Of a stretch of DNA of 52,972 bases, positions 1 through 11,800 are shown one piece after another (within the stretch, counting starts at the first letter, position 1; each line of letters starts with the position of its first letter). This stretch comes from Candidatus Krumholzibacteriota bacterium (lineage in GTDB: Bacteria; Krumholzibacteriota; Krumholzibacteriia; JAJRXK01), in assembly GCA_963727455.1 (NCBI GenBank), contig CAVSGG010000018.1, forward strand, positions 1-52,972, read 5' to 3'. Under the pieces are notes generated by a model that was not told the DNA's origin, did not search any database, and saw only the letters and a list, made by a program, of their open reading frames with translations. The position numbers and the translations under genes were made by a program.

Positions 1-1
1 C

Positions 2-1231
2 CCAAAAGGGGTACTGAGCATCTTCTGTCCCCGCCAACTTGACAGGTTCCGGCTGATCGAGCTTGCGCAGCCACAGCATGTGCGTGCCGCTGGAGTCGCG
101 CGCACCGAAGACGATGGAGCGGCCGTCGGGAGAGACGACGGCGGGCGCCGGATTCGCTCCGTTCAGATGAAAGCCGGTGTTTTCCGGTGGCTCGATGGAG
201 CTGCGCACCACACCAAGTCTCGCGCCGTCGGGCGACGAGGCGCCTCGCCCCATCACGAACGAGACGACGAGAGCCAAGGCAAACACCGCCGCGAGTCCCC
301 AGGGAAGCAACCGCGCTCGTTTCGAAAGAGACGACACGCCTTCCTGTGCTTCCTGCGCCAAGGAGGCGTTGAGGGTGAGGCTACTCGCGGGATCCTCGAG
401 CAGGATACGGGCTTCGCCTATGTCTCTCAAACGCAGCTTGGGGTCGCGCTGCAGGCAGCGTTGCAGGAGCAAAGTGAGAGCGGGCGTCAAGTTGCCCGGT
501 AGGCGGTCGAAGTCGAGGTTCTCCTTCAGTACGCCGGCCAAGATCTCCGACACCGATTCGCCGGTGAAGAGCGGCTTGCCACCTAGCATCTCGAAGAGGA
601 TCACCCCAAAAGCCCAGATGTCGGCCCGGCGGTCCACGCGCTTGCCCTTGGCCTGCTCGGGGCTCATGTAGGCCGCGGTCCCCAAGATGGTCCCGGCCTG
701 GGTCATGGCGGCCGTGATGGTGGGGGAATTGACAAGATCGTCCTCGAGGCCTGAATCACCGGAATAGGCGCGCGCCAGCCCGAAATCGAGGATCTTCACC
801 GTACCGTCGGGCGCGAGCTTGACATTGGCCGGCTTGAGGTCGCGGTGCACGATGCCCTCTTCGTGCGCATTTTCCAGCCCCAGAGCCATTTGACGCGCGA
901 TTTCGGTGGCTTCGTCCACCGCGAGAGGGCCCTTTGCCAGGCGTGCGCTGAGGTCCTCGCCCTCGGCCAGCTCCATGACCAGGAAGCTCTGACCCCTATC
1001 CTCTTCAAAGCCGTAGATCGAGGCGATGTTGGGGTGATTCAAGGAAGCAAGGACTTTCGCCTCGCGGCGAAAACGCGCCAGCCGTTCCGGATCGCCGGCC
1101 AGATCGAGGGGAAGGAGCTTGAGGGCAACCTCACGATCGAGCGTGGTGTCGCGCGCACGCCAGACTTCGCCCATGCCGCCCTGACCGATTTTTTCCAGGA
1201 TCTCGTAGTGCGAGAGGGATTTGCCGATCAC
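2..1231 (-). CDS. Hanks-type Ser/Thr protein kinase with TM helix and PD40/TolB-like propeller (runs off the window start)
   Basis: Manual translation from GTG at 1231 gives MIGKSLSHYEILEKIGQGGMGEVWRARD, HRDLKPAN, DFGLA and GTAAYMSPEQ. These are followed by a hydrophobic helix and SPDGRSIVF...LWLRKLD...AQYPFW. Absent from the ORF track because it has no stop inside the window. Confidence 0.93.
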   Translation of the reverse strand, partial: MIGKSLSHYEILEKIGQGGMGEVWRARDTTLDREVALKLLPLDLAGDPERLARFRREAKVLASLNHPNIASIYGFEEDRGQSFLVMELAEGEDLSARLAKGPLAVDEATEIARQMALGLENAHEEGIVHRDLKPANVKLAPDGTVKILDFGLARAYSGDSGLEDDLVNSPTITAAMTQAGTILGTAAYMSPEQAKGKRVDRRADIWAFGVILFEMLGGKPLFTGESVSEILAGVLKENLDFDRLPGNLTPALTLLLQRCLQRDPKLRLRDIGEARILLEDPASSLTLNASLAQEAQEGVSSLSKRARLLPWGLAAVFALALVVSFVMGRGASSPDGARLGVVRSSIEPPENTGFHLNGANPAPAVVSPDGRSIVFGARDSSGTHMLWLRKLDQPEPVKLAGTEDAQYPFW

Positions 1232-1391
1232 AGGATCTTCTACTCGCGTGGTGAGGGAGGCTGTCTGCGTGTAGACTTTTTTCTTGGTCCGGTCGATTAG
1301 GACCGAGACGGTATGCTACGATATCCGCGCCCACCCGTCCATCTTCACAAGGGGAAGGGCAAGGTCTCAAAACCCCAAGGAAGGTTGATTC

Positions 1392-2237
1392 ATGAAGAAG
1401 TACGCTTTGTTACTGCTATTGGCCTTCGGAGTACTCGCCGCGAGTTCTCCGGCCATGGCAAACCACTACACGGAATTCACGCCCACTGCGGATTGCTCGG
1501 GTTGGTGCGTTTCGGGCACGGTCGATCTTGTGGGCGATCCTTACGCAGACATCACCTACACCGTCACGCTCAACGATGGCAATTCTGACGTCAAAACCTT
1601 CAGCGACCAGATCCACATCACGCCCGAAGGACTCAGCTTTAACGTGTGCGCGGACTGGGGAATGGACCTCTGTGGGGACTACACTGCCAGCGGTTCCTTC
1701 GTCTTGCAGGGTCCCAACGGTGGTGACACCAACGGTTTCCAGATCTCCTTTAGCTGCGATTGTCCTCCTCCTCCTCCGCCTCCGTCTGGAGACGCGTGCA
1801 CTCGCACTCCCGGCTACTGGAAGAATCATGACTGGCCGGTCAGCAGTCTGACGGTGGGATGTGAGGAGTACACGATGGCTGAGGCCATGGACGTTCTGTG
1901 GATGCCCGTCCGAGGTGATGCCACGATCATTCTGTTCAAGCATCTCGTTGCGGCCAAGCTGAACGTCCTCAGTGGATCAAGCACATCCATTTCGGACGAC
2001 ATCGACGCGGCCGACGATTTCCTGTGCGATCATCCTCTCTTCAGCAAGCCGTCTGGCGATCTGAAGACGGAATGCAACAGTCTCAAGGACGCTCTCGCGT
2101 ACTACAATGAGAGTAATGACTGCGACGGCGGAGACTACACGAGCGGAGCGGTTCTGCCTCTCAGCTCGTCCAAGACTCCGGCGCAAGGGCAGTCCTGGGG
2201 CTCGGTGAAAGCCTCCTACCAGGACAACAACAAGTAA
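1392..2237 (+). CDS. Secreted Cys-rich protein with poly-Pro linker, TPGYWKNH domain and C-terminal SWGxVKxxY tail
   Basis: Signal peptide MKKYALLLLLAFGVLAASSPAMA. Two domains joined by CPPPPPPPS. Ends TPAQGQSWGSVKASYQDNNK. Followed by a terminator. Confidence 0.85.
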   Translation: MKKYALLLLLAFGVLAASSPAMANHYTEFTPTADCSGWCVSGTVDLVGDPYADITYTVTLNDGNSDVKTFSDQIHITPEGLSFNVCADWGMDLCGDYTASGSFVLQGPNGGDTNGFQISFSCDCPPPPPPPSGDACTRTPGYWKNHDWPVSSLTVGCEEYTMAEAMDVLWMPVRGDATIILFKHLVAAKLNVLSGSSTSISDDIDAADDFLCDHPLFSKPSGDLKTECNSLKDALAYYNESNDCDGGDYTSGAVLPLSSSKTPAQGQSWGSVKASYQDNNK

Positions 2238-2270
2238 TCAGGAAGAACACTCGTAATTTTACGTGAAGCG

Positions 2271-2306
2271 GGCTCGGGGAAACTTCGGTTTCCCCGAGCT
2301 TTTTTT
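2271..2306 (+). terminator. Rho-independent terminator
   Basis: GCTCGGGGAAAC-TTCG-GTTTCCCCGAGC stem followed by a T7 run. Confidence 0.92.
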
Positions 2307-2364
2307 CTGGCGGATCGAGTTTCGTGTTGGAACGAACTAGTTCCTCCTGGCCGAAAGAGGCGTG

Positions 2365-3312
2365 TTACTTCTTCCACGTACCTTCGGCGTTCTTGAGGAA
2401 GCGGTAGAATTCCCCTTGGGTGGAGAGCACGAGCAGACTCTGCGGATCGATCGTCTTTTCGTAGCTCTCCATGGTCTTCAGGAATTCGAAGAAACTGCGC
2501 GTATCGGGAGAACGATCGTAGGCTGCGGCATAGACCGCGGTGGCTTTCGCGTCGGCCTTCCCCTTGATCTCCTGGGCCTCGCGGTAGGCCTCCGAACGGA
2601 TACGCAGAAGTTCACGGTCTTTTTCACCCCGTATTCTGGACGCCTCTCCCTGCCCTTCACTGCGGAAACGATCGGCGATGCGATTGCGTTCGGCAATCAT
2701 GCGCTCGTAGACCTTCTGCTGCACTTCATCGACGTAGTTGATGCGCTTGAATTCGATGTCGAGAATTTCGATCCCCAAATCCCCGGTACGATCGCGGGCA
2801 TTCCTGAGAACTTCCTCGCGCACCGAGTCGCGTCCGGCGGTGATGGGTTCGAGCTTGATCTCGTCTTCGGGGAGGGTATCACCCAGTTCCGGCGTTCGGT
2901 TTGTGCTGCGCACCACCTCGACCAGGTCATACTTGGCGATGGCGTTGCGCGCCTCACCGTCGAGGATATCGTCCAGACGAGTCTGGGCCCCGCGTTCGTC
3001 CCTGAGCCGCTGGAAATACAGCAGCGGATCGGTGATGCGCCAGCGGGCATAGGTGTCCACCCAGATGAAGCGCTTGTCCTTGGTGGGCAGTTGATTCGCG
3101 TCTCCGTCCCATTCCAAAAAGCGTTTCTCGAAACGGTGCACCTTCTGGATGAGTGGCAGTTTCAACTTCAGACCGGGTGTGTTGATGGGATCGCCCACGG
3201 GCTTTCCGAATTGGGTGATGATGACCTGCTCGTACTCTTTCACCACGTAGAAGGGGTTCAGAATCGAGAACAGAACGACGACAGCAATCAGGATGGCGAG
3301 GATCTTCATCAC
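2365..3312 (-). CDS. hflC: FtsH modulator HflC (SPFH domain)
   Basis: N-terminal TM, QVIITQFGKPV...PGL, TKDKRFIWVD, IEFKRINY, RMIAER...RSEG. Directly downstream of hflK. Confidence 0.95.
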   Translation of the reverse strand: MMKILAILIAVVVLFSILNPFYVVKEYEQVIITQFGKPVGDPINTPGLKLKLPLIQKVHRFEKRFLEWDGDANQLPTKDKRFIWVDTYARWRITDPLLYFQRLRDERGAQTRLDDILDGEARNAIAKYDLVEVVRSTNRTPELGDTLPEDEIKLEPITAGRDSVREEVLRNARDRTGDLGIEILDIEFKRINYVDEVQQKVYERMIAERNRIADRFRSEGQGEASRIRGEKDRELLRIRSEAYREAQEIKGKADAKATAVYAAAYDRSPDTRSFFEFLKTMESYEKTIDPQSLLVLSTQGEFYRFLKNAEGTWKK

Positions 3313-4307
3313 TGATCACCCCCCTTCGGAGCATCGAGTTGCTGCAAGTTGAGCAACGGCAGGACTCCCTTGACGCCGTCGTCCACCACCACCTTGTGTT
3401 CGACCTTGGGCAGCACCTTGGTCATCGTCTCCAGATAGAGGCGTTTGCGGGTGACCTCCGGCGCCTTGCGGTACTCGGTGTACAGAGCGTCGAAACGGGC
3501 CGAGTCTCCCTGCGCGCGATTGACGCGATCCAGCGCGTAGCCCTCGGCCTCCTGAATGGTCTGCTGAGCTTCTCCCTGGGCCCGCGGGATGACCTTGTTG
3601 TACTCACTCTGTGCCTCGTTGATGAGCTTCTCCTTTTCCTGCTGGGCCTGGTTGACCGCGTTGAAGGAAGGCTTCACCGGATCGGGCGGATTGACATCTT
3701 GCAGTACGACCTGCTCGATCTTGATGCCGGTCTCGTAGCGTTCGCAGAGTTCCTGGAGACGGGTGTCCACCTCCAGCGCCACTTCTGCGCGGCCCACCGT
3801 GAGCACCTCGTTAACGGTGCGGTCGCCCACCACGCTGCGCATGACCGCCTCGCTCATGTCTCGCAGCGTGTCGTCCACATTGCGGACGCGAAACAGGTAC
3901 TTATAGGGATCGACAATCCGGTACTGAATGACCCACTCGACAACGGCGGCGTTCAAGTCTCCGGTGAGCATGTTCGACTCGCCGCTCAACCCGCGCGTTG
4001 TGAACTGGCTGTTGACGCCGGCGCTCACCGTACGGAATCCGAACTCGGCCTTGAGCTGACGTTGGACCGGGACTTTCAGGGCGGTCTCCACCCCGAAGGG
4101 GATTTTCATGTGCAAGCCGGGATCAGCGGTCCGGACGTACTTGCCGAAGCGCAGCACCAAGGCGACCTCCTCGGGTTCGACGGTATAGAAGCTCGTCGAG
4201 AAGAGGATGAGGGCGAGTACGATGACCACGATGGAGCGGAACACGTTGCCGCCTATGGGATTTCTGTGCATTCGACTCTTGATTTCCTCAAAAACTTCAT
4301 CACTCAT
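3309..4307 (-). CDS. hflK: FtsH modulator HflK (SPFH domain)
   Basis: VLRFGK...PGLH, MLTGDLN, LQDVNPPDPVKPSFNAV, IPRAQGEA, APEVTRKRLYLETM. Confidence 0.95.
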   Translation of the reverse strand: MSDEVFEEIKSRMHRNPIGGNVFRSIVVIVLALILFSTSFYTVEPEEVALVLRFGKYVRTADPGLHMKIPFGVETALKVPVQRQLKAEFGFRTVSAGVNSQFTTRGLSGESNMLTGDLNAAVVEWVIQYRIVDPYKYLFRVRNVDDTLRDMSEAVMRSVVGDRTVNEVLTVGRAEVALEVDTRLQELCERYETGIKIEQVVLQDVNPPDPVKPSFNAVNQAQQEKEKLINEAQSEYNKVIPRAQGEAQQTIQEAEGYALDRVNRAQGDSARFDALYTEYRKAPEVTRKRLYLETMTKVLPKVEHKVVVDDGVKGVLPLLNLQQLDAPKGGDQ

Positions 4308-4432
4308 ACTGAGATCCTCCGAGGGCGATCGTGGGCTTGCGGAGCGGTTCCCGCGGTTGAGCTGGCAGGCGCGATTGGCAGTCTACATGCAGATGGCGGT
4401 CGAGAACACAGAAAGAGTGAAATCGATCTCGT

Positions 4433-4900
4433 GTGCCCATATTGACTTGCAATATCGAATCTGGCAAATTGGAAGGGTCCCTCCCCCTTTCTGTACAGAG
4501 CGTAACCGTGGAACCTCGTCGATCTGAGCACCCCTCAGTCCAGCGGCCGCGTCTCTTACGTACGCTCGCGGCGGTTGTCGACTCGCTGGACCCCGCGCGG
4601 GCAATCGACCGGCATCAACTCGGCAGGGGCGATGCGGTCCTGGTCCAGACCCGGAATTCTCTCTATCGCCTCATGGCCCTGGATGACGGCAACTTCGTGG
4701 TCGAGGGCGGATGGTTTTCACGGAAGGGTGGAGCACCAAGCCGCGTGGGTGTGGTTGGGTGCAGCTTTGGAGGGAGCGCCGTCTGGAGTCAGGTAGTGGC
4801 AGCGCCGGGCCTCTTCCTGGAATTCGGCAACGGGGTGAGGACCACGCGGATTCAGCGCACCTGGATCGAACGCCTCGGAGTGCGCAGTTCGGTCAACTGA
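4433..4900 (+). CDS. Hypothetical protein (start uncertain, possibly GTG near 4508)
   Basis: Globular-looking sequence VQTRNSLY...GGWF...GCSFGGS...GLFLEFGNGVRTTRI that fills the gap between hflK and the globin. Confidence 0.6.
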   Translation: MPILTCNIESGKLEGSLPLSVQSVTVEPRRSEHPSVQRPRLLRTLAAVVDSLDPARAIDRHQLGRGDAVLVQTRNSLYRLMALDDGNFVVEGGWFSRKGGAPSRVGVVGCSFGGSAVWSQVVAAPGLFLEFGNGVRTTRIQRTWIERLGVRSSVN

Positions 4901-4912
4901 AACCTTCCAAGT

Positions 4913-5320
4913 TCAAATTCCCACGTGCCGGTCATAGCCCTTGAGCAGGGTATGTGAAGCCTTCTCCAGGGCGGCGCGCCATTCTCCCGCAAGTTCGTCA
5001 TTCCAGTCGTCGCCCAAGAACTTCTTCAGGGTGGCGAGCATGGAGTCGCACCACACCGGATAAAGATCGGGAGGAATGTTCCAGCGGTGATGCCGGGTTC
5101 CCAAGTGGCGCATGTAGTGGTCGATGGAGGCGTGATCCTTGAGGTAGTGCTGCACGATGGTCGAAAGCGCCATGGTGAGCACCAGCTCCTGGCGCGCCAT
5201 GTCGATTCCCTCGAAGAAGGGCACCACCGTCGGGTTGTTGAGCAGGAAATACTCGTAGAAAGCCTTCCCGAAGGGTTCTCGGGATTCCAGAATGAGTTCC
5301 AGACTCTCAGCGATGTTCAT
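4913..5320 (-). CDS. Single-domain globin
   Basis: FYEYF, PFFEGIDMARQ, proximal His in LGTRH, Y..W.DSMLATL, W..EL..EW. 135 aa. Confidence 0.88.
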   Translation of the reverse strand: MNIAESLELILESREPFGKAFYEYFLLNNPTVVPFFEGIDMARQELVLTMALSTIVQHYLKDHASIDHYMRHLGTRHHRWNIPPDLYPVWCDSMLATLKKFLGDDWNDELAGEWRAALEKASHTLLKGYDRHVGI

Positions 5321-5329
5321 GCCCCCACC

Positions 5330-8113
<2,784 letters not shown>

Positions 8114-8243
8114 TGGAGTATCTTCTCGGAAGGGGGAGAGAGTATCCTAGACGCTTCGGCTCGCAGGGGCAATCCTTTGCCGCGCTCCTTTCGCGGAAGT
8201 TTGGACTCGAACTCTCCTGAGAGGTGAAGCAGGAGGTCTACTG

Positions 8244-8879
8244 GTGCCGCGCAGAATCTTCTTCGATCTGGGCTGGATAGCGGTCCTTGCGTTGGCCCTG
8301 AGCTCTTTGGGAGCGGGGAACGCCGCTGCGCCACGGGGTCAGCTGCCGATGTCCACCGCGAAGAGCGACACCGTAGTGGACAACCCCCAAACCTGGCCGG
8401 TCGTGTTCAGCCGCGTGCTCAGGGTGGCGCCGGGGGCGGCGCGCCAGATCACCCTGGATTGGGATGGTCTCAAGGCGCGGCAGTTCTACTTGCGATTGGA
8501 CGCGGTCGGGCCCTTCGATGCAACGCTCATTCGGGAACACGACGGCTCGAGACTCTTCGACGGTCACATGGAGTCGCATTACGAAACTCTCGTTCCCTGG
8601 GGAAAAGGGGAGGCCGCCGACTTGAGCCTCAGCGTCCACAAGGCCCATCGCGTCGAGGATGAAGACCAGGCGCTCTACGTCACTTTGAGCCTGGCGAGAG
8701 ACGAGGACGAAATGGGGCTTGCCATCTACTCCTTCTACATGAACCGCTTCTTGTGGCTGTACCGCCGTCACGAGCTGGTCGCCGCCAGACGAGCCCTGGA
8801 CAAGGCCTTGATGGAAGATCCCCGAGACAGCCTGGCACTGGCCCTGCGCGAGCGTCTTTCCCGACAGATGGAAAAGTAG
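8244..8879 (+). CDS. Secreted hypothetical protein with C-terminal TPR-like helix pair
   Basis: AGGAGG RBS upstream, signal-peptide-like N-terminus, ends ALDKALMEDPRDSLALAL. Confidence 0.65.
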   Translation: MPRRIFFDLGWIAVLALALSSLGAGNAAAPRGQLPMSTAKSDTVVDNPQTWPVVFSRVLRVAPGAARQITLDWDGLKARQFYLRLDAVGPFDATLIREHDGSRLFDGHMESHYETLVPWGKGEAADLSLSVHKAHRVEDEDQALYVTLSLARDEDEMGLAIYSFYMNRFLWLYRRHELVAARRALDKALMEDPRDSLALALRERLSRQMEK

Positions 8880-8887
8880 CGCTGGCG

Positions 8888-9694
8888 ATGCGACGTCTTC
8901 TGAGAGAACCCCTCCTTCAGTTCCTGGTGCTCGGCCTTCTTCTCTATGCGGCACAACTCGCGTTGCGGCCCGGTCCGCAACGCAAAGTGGTGCTCTCGCA
9001 AAAGGAGTTGAAGCAGAGAGTGCAGAGTAAGGAGGATGCGCTGGGGCGTCCTCTCAGCGAAGCCGAGCTGACGGCGCTCACAGACGAATACACCGACGAG
9101 TTGATCCTCTTACACGAGGCGAAACTCATGAAGCTGGATCGAAGCGATGACGAAGCGCGCGCGCGCTTGATCCACCTGGCGAGAATGCGCCTGGACGAAG
9201 TCGTGCCAGAGCCGAGCCGCCAACAGCTGGAAGTCTACTTTCAGCAGCACTCTTCCGAGTACCGCATGGGCGCGTGGGTCAGTTTCGATCAGGTATTCTT
9301 TGCCTCCGGTTCGCCGGACACGCCGAGCGATCCCGATTCCTTCCTGGAGCGCCTCGCTCGAAGCGAAGATGGGAGAGGACTGGGCGAGCCCGATCCGATC
9401 CTGAACGATCACGCCCGCGAACTCACGCGTTCGCAGCTGCGTTCTCTCTTCGGTCCCGCGTTCGCAGACACTGTCTTTGTCCTTCCCGAATCGGTTTGGA
9501 GTGGGCCCTTTCACTCCACCCAGGGCACGCACTATCTGCGCGTCATCGAGCACCATCCAGCCCCCGTGCCCAAGTTCGAAGAGGTGCAGGCCTATCTGCG
9601 CAAGGACTGGAAAGCCACGAAGCACCGGGAGATCCAGGACCAGAAGCTGCAGGAACTGCGGCGCGAGTACACCATCGTGAAAGAGAAGAGTTGA
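8888..9694 (+). CDS. PpiC/rotamase-like peptidyl-prolyl isomerase domain protein
   Basis: MRRLLREPLLQFLVLG N-terminus, VSFDQVFF, FGPAFADTVF...WSGPFHSTQGTH. Start moved to ATG 8888. Confidence 0.8.
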   Translation: MRRLLREPLLQFLVLGLLLYAAQLALRPGPQRKVVLSQKELKQRVQSKEDALGRPLSEAELTALTDEYTDELILLHEAKLMKLDRSDDEARARLIHLARMRLDEVVPEPSRQQLEVYFQQHSSEYRMGAWVSFDQVFFASGSPDTPSDPDSFLERLARSEDGRGLGEPDPILNDHARELTRSQLRSLFGPAFADTVFVLPESVWSGPFHSTQGTHYLRVIEHHPAPVPKFEEVQAYLRKDWKATKHREIQDQKLQELRREYTIVKEKS

Positions 9695-9702
9695 GTTTGC
9701 CC

Positions 9703-11490
9703 ATGGGGTCAATTCTCGGCGCGTTTTTCGTGGCACTGTCCACTCCGCTCTTCTGGCTTCTGGCACTGGCAATCGTGGTGTCCGGCAGCGACCGCCGGGT
9801 CTTCGTCGGCCTCGTTGCCTTCAGCGCGGGACACGCCCTCGCGTTAGTGGGCGCAGATCTGGGAGTGCGGCTCCCCTCGGCTTCCTTCGCGTCGGTATGG
9901 ATCGCCGCGGCCTGCGCCGTGGTCTTCTCCTCGCGGGTGCGCGCCCGCGAGCCGGAGCGGGGATTTGCCGGCATTTTTCTCGCGGTGGGTGCTCTCTCCG
10001 GTCTCCCCGCGTCGTCTTCTGCTGTGCCCCAGGATGCACTGGTCTCGCTCTTCACTGCCAACCTGGGCTCGGGCCTGGCGGTCTGGGTGGTGGCCCTGGG
10101 AGTTTTGGGAGCGCGAGCGAGCCTTGGGCGCATCGGGTCGCGCTCCCGGGCGCACCTGAACGCGGTGCCCGCGGCTCCGGCCCACCCCGGTAGGCCTTGG
10201 ACGCCCTGGGGGATTTTCCTCCTGGGAGTTCTCAGCGTCATCCTCGGGGCGAACGCATTTCGAGCGTCGCTCCACGCCCCGGTTCTGATGCCCGCGTCCA
10301 TCTTTTCCACCGCGGCGGAGGCGGCGGCCATCCAGCGTCGCAGTGCTTCCGTGCCGCTCTTTCAACGACTCGACGAACCCGCAGTCGCATTTCTCACTCT
10401 CGAGCCGGCTCAACTGCGCGTGGAGATTCTGGTGCGCGCGAAAGATTTGCACTCGTGGCTGGGAAAAGAGTTTTCTTTCGGCGCCACCATCGCCCCCGAG
10501 CAGCAAGAGCAAGTTCTGCAGCAGCTCACGCAGCGCATCGAAAGCGGCTTCGTGCTCACCCTCGATGCTCGAGAACGGAAGCCCAGCTCGACGAAGGCAG
10601 AGTTCGTGACCATCGATCCCAGCGGGATTCTGAGTCGTCCCGCGCCCGTCGTGGAAGGCGTCGCCGACGCGCGCATCGGTCTGAAGTGGAGCTACGACTT
10701 CGTGAGCGCTCCGAAGACACTGGGTTTCCGCTGGCAACTCTTCGCTGAGGGTTTGCAACATCTGTCCATCAACGCCACCACTCCTTGGGGAAACGCGCAG
10801 GCGGTGCTCAGTCCCAGCGCACCGGTCTATCGTCTGCAGCTGGATTCGGCTCGCCTCGCGTTACCGCGCAGGGAACAGGTCCGGGTGAGGCCGCGCTCTT
10901 GGCCTGTGATTTCGGCTCTGCTCGCCCTCTTCGCCGGCGCCCTGATCCTCTTGCGTAAGTTTAGTAAATACAAAGAATTGAAACGGAGGCCCTGGGCCTG
11001 GATCATCGCTCTCAGCCTGGTTCTGGCCTACGGGCTCTATCCTTTCGCCAGGGTCCAAGCGCAGGTTCTGCCCGCGCGCCTGGACACGACGCAGGCCCGG
11101 GTGGTTCTGGGGAGTCTGCTGCGCAATCTGTACCACTCCTTCGATCTCCACGGTGAGAGCGCGATTTACGATCGACTGGCCGACAGCGTCCAAGGAGATC
11201 AGCTCGAGGAGATCTACCTGGCGAACCGGCGGGCGCTCGAGCTGCAAAAGCGTGGCGGCGCGCGCGCCCACGTCGACGCGGTGAGGATCTTGAACATCGC
11301 TTCGGTGAAATCACTGGGGGAGGGGCGCGTTCAGATCGATGCCTCATGGAGCATCTCGGGTTCGGTGAACCACTTCGGTCACACTCACTACCGTCAGAAC
11401 CGCAATCATGCGCTCATCGAACTCGCTGCGGTCGATGGAGTGTGGAAGATCACGAAGATCACGGTGCTCGACGAAGAGAGGGTGCTCTAG
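9703..11490 (+). CDS. HupE/UreJ-like membrane protein with soluble domain and His-rich C-terminal domain
   Basis: AFSAGHALAL and LFTANLG resemble HupE/UreJ helices. The C-terminus has GSVNHFGHTHYRQN. Follows the PpiC-like gene. Start is ATG 9703 or TTG 9691. Confidence 0.62.
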   Translation: MGSILGAFFVALSTPLFWLLALAIVVSGSDRRVFVGLVAFSAGHALALVGADLGVRLPSASFASVWIAAACAVVFSSRVRAREPERGFAGIFLAVGALSGLPASSSAVPQDALVSLFTANLGSGLAVWVVALGVLGARASLGRIGSRSRAHLNAVPAAPAHPGRPWTPWGIFLLGVLSVILGANAFRASLHAPVLMPASIFSTAAEAAAIQRRSASVPLFQRLDEPAVAFLTLEPAQLRVEILVRAKDLHSWLGKEFSFGATIAPEQQEQVLQQLTQRIESGFVLTLDARERKPSSTKAEFVTIDPSGILSRPAPVVEGVADARIGLKWSYDFVSAPKTLGFRWQLFAEGLQHLSINATTPWGNAQAVLSPSAPVYRLQLDSARLALPRREQVRVRPRSWPVISALLALFAGALILLRKFSKYKELKRRPWAWIIALSLVLAYGLYPFARVQAQVLPARLDTTQARVVLGSLLRNLYHSFDLHGESAIYDRLADSVQGDQLEEIYLANRRALELQKRGGARAHVDAVRILNIASVKSLGEGRVQIDASWSISGSVNHFGHTHYRQNRNHALIELAAVDGVWKITKITVLDEERVL

Positions 11491-11512
11491 CGGCGCGCCT
11501 TCGCTTTCGCCC

Positions 11513-11546
11513 AAACGAAAGTGGCCATGTCCAAGGACACGGCCAC
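11513..11546 (-). terminator. Terminator downstream of the 40-aa ORF
   Basis: Minus strand GTGGCCGTGTCC-TT-GGACATGGCCAC followed by TTTCGTTT. A G:U pair favours the minus strand. Confidence 0.7.
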
Positions 11547-11581
11547 TCGTTTCGGAGGAACACTCTTCGTGGGGATTCGGC

Positions 11582-11704
11582 TCAACCCTGACGGTTGAAG
11601 TGAGTACGCAACATGAGCTCCTTCAGCCTTTGTTGCTTCTTCACTTCGGGCGCTTTGTAAATCCTCCGTTTGGGGGAGGGGTTGGCCGTCTGCTGATCCT
11701 TCAT
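11582..11704 (-). CDS. 40-aa peptide resembling a RiPP precursor (lasso/RRE-type leader)
   Basis: MKDQQTANPSPKRRIYKAPEVKKQQRLKELMLRTHFNRQG. AAGGA RBS 9 nt upstream, promoter upstream, terminator downstream. Not in the ORF track. Confidence 0.65.
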   Translation of the reverse strand: MKDQQTANPSPKRRIYKAPEVKKQQRLKELMLRTHFNRQG

Positions 11705-11770
11705 CGCTGTGAGTCCTTAGCTAGCGTGGGGCGTGGCGAGGCTCCGATGGAGACTCGCAGGGACGGTAAA

Positions 11771-11800
11771 AGCGTAGCAGATCTTTGCGCCCTGACTCAA
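11771..11800 (-). promoter_or_regulatory. sigma70-like promoter for the 40-aa ORF
   Basis: TTGAGT-18nt-TACGCT with extended -10 TGn. Confidence 0.5.

Noticed and set aside
1763-1785. CCT microsatellite as a phase-variation tract
   Set aside because: Triplet unit, imperfect, and it simply encodes a poly-Pro linker.
4375-4400. CIRCE-like half site TTGGCAGTC near hflK
   Set aside because: The second half-site is absent.
2362-4445. Long antisense ORFs over hflKC, and similar shadow ORFs such as 7211-8227, 18406-19413, 27727-28902, 32902-34212 and 36643-38139
   Set aside because: They mirror well-supported genes on the opposite strand, as expected in high-GC DNA.
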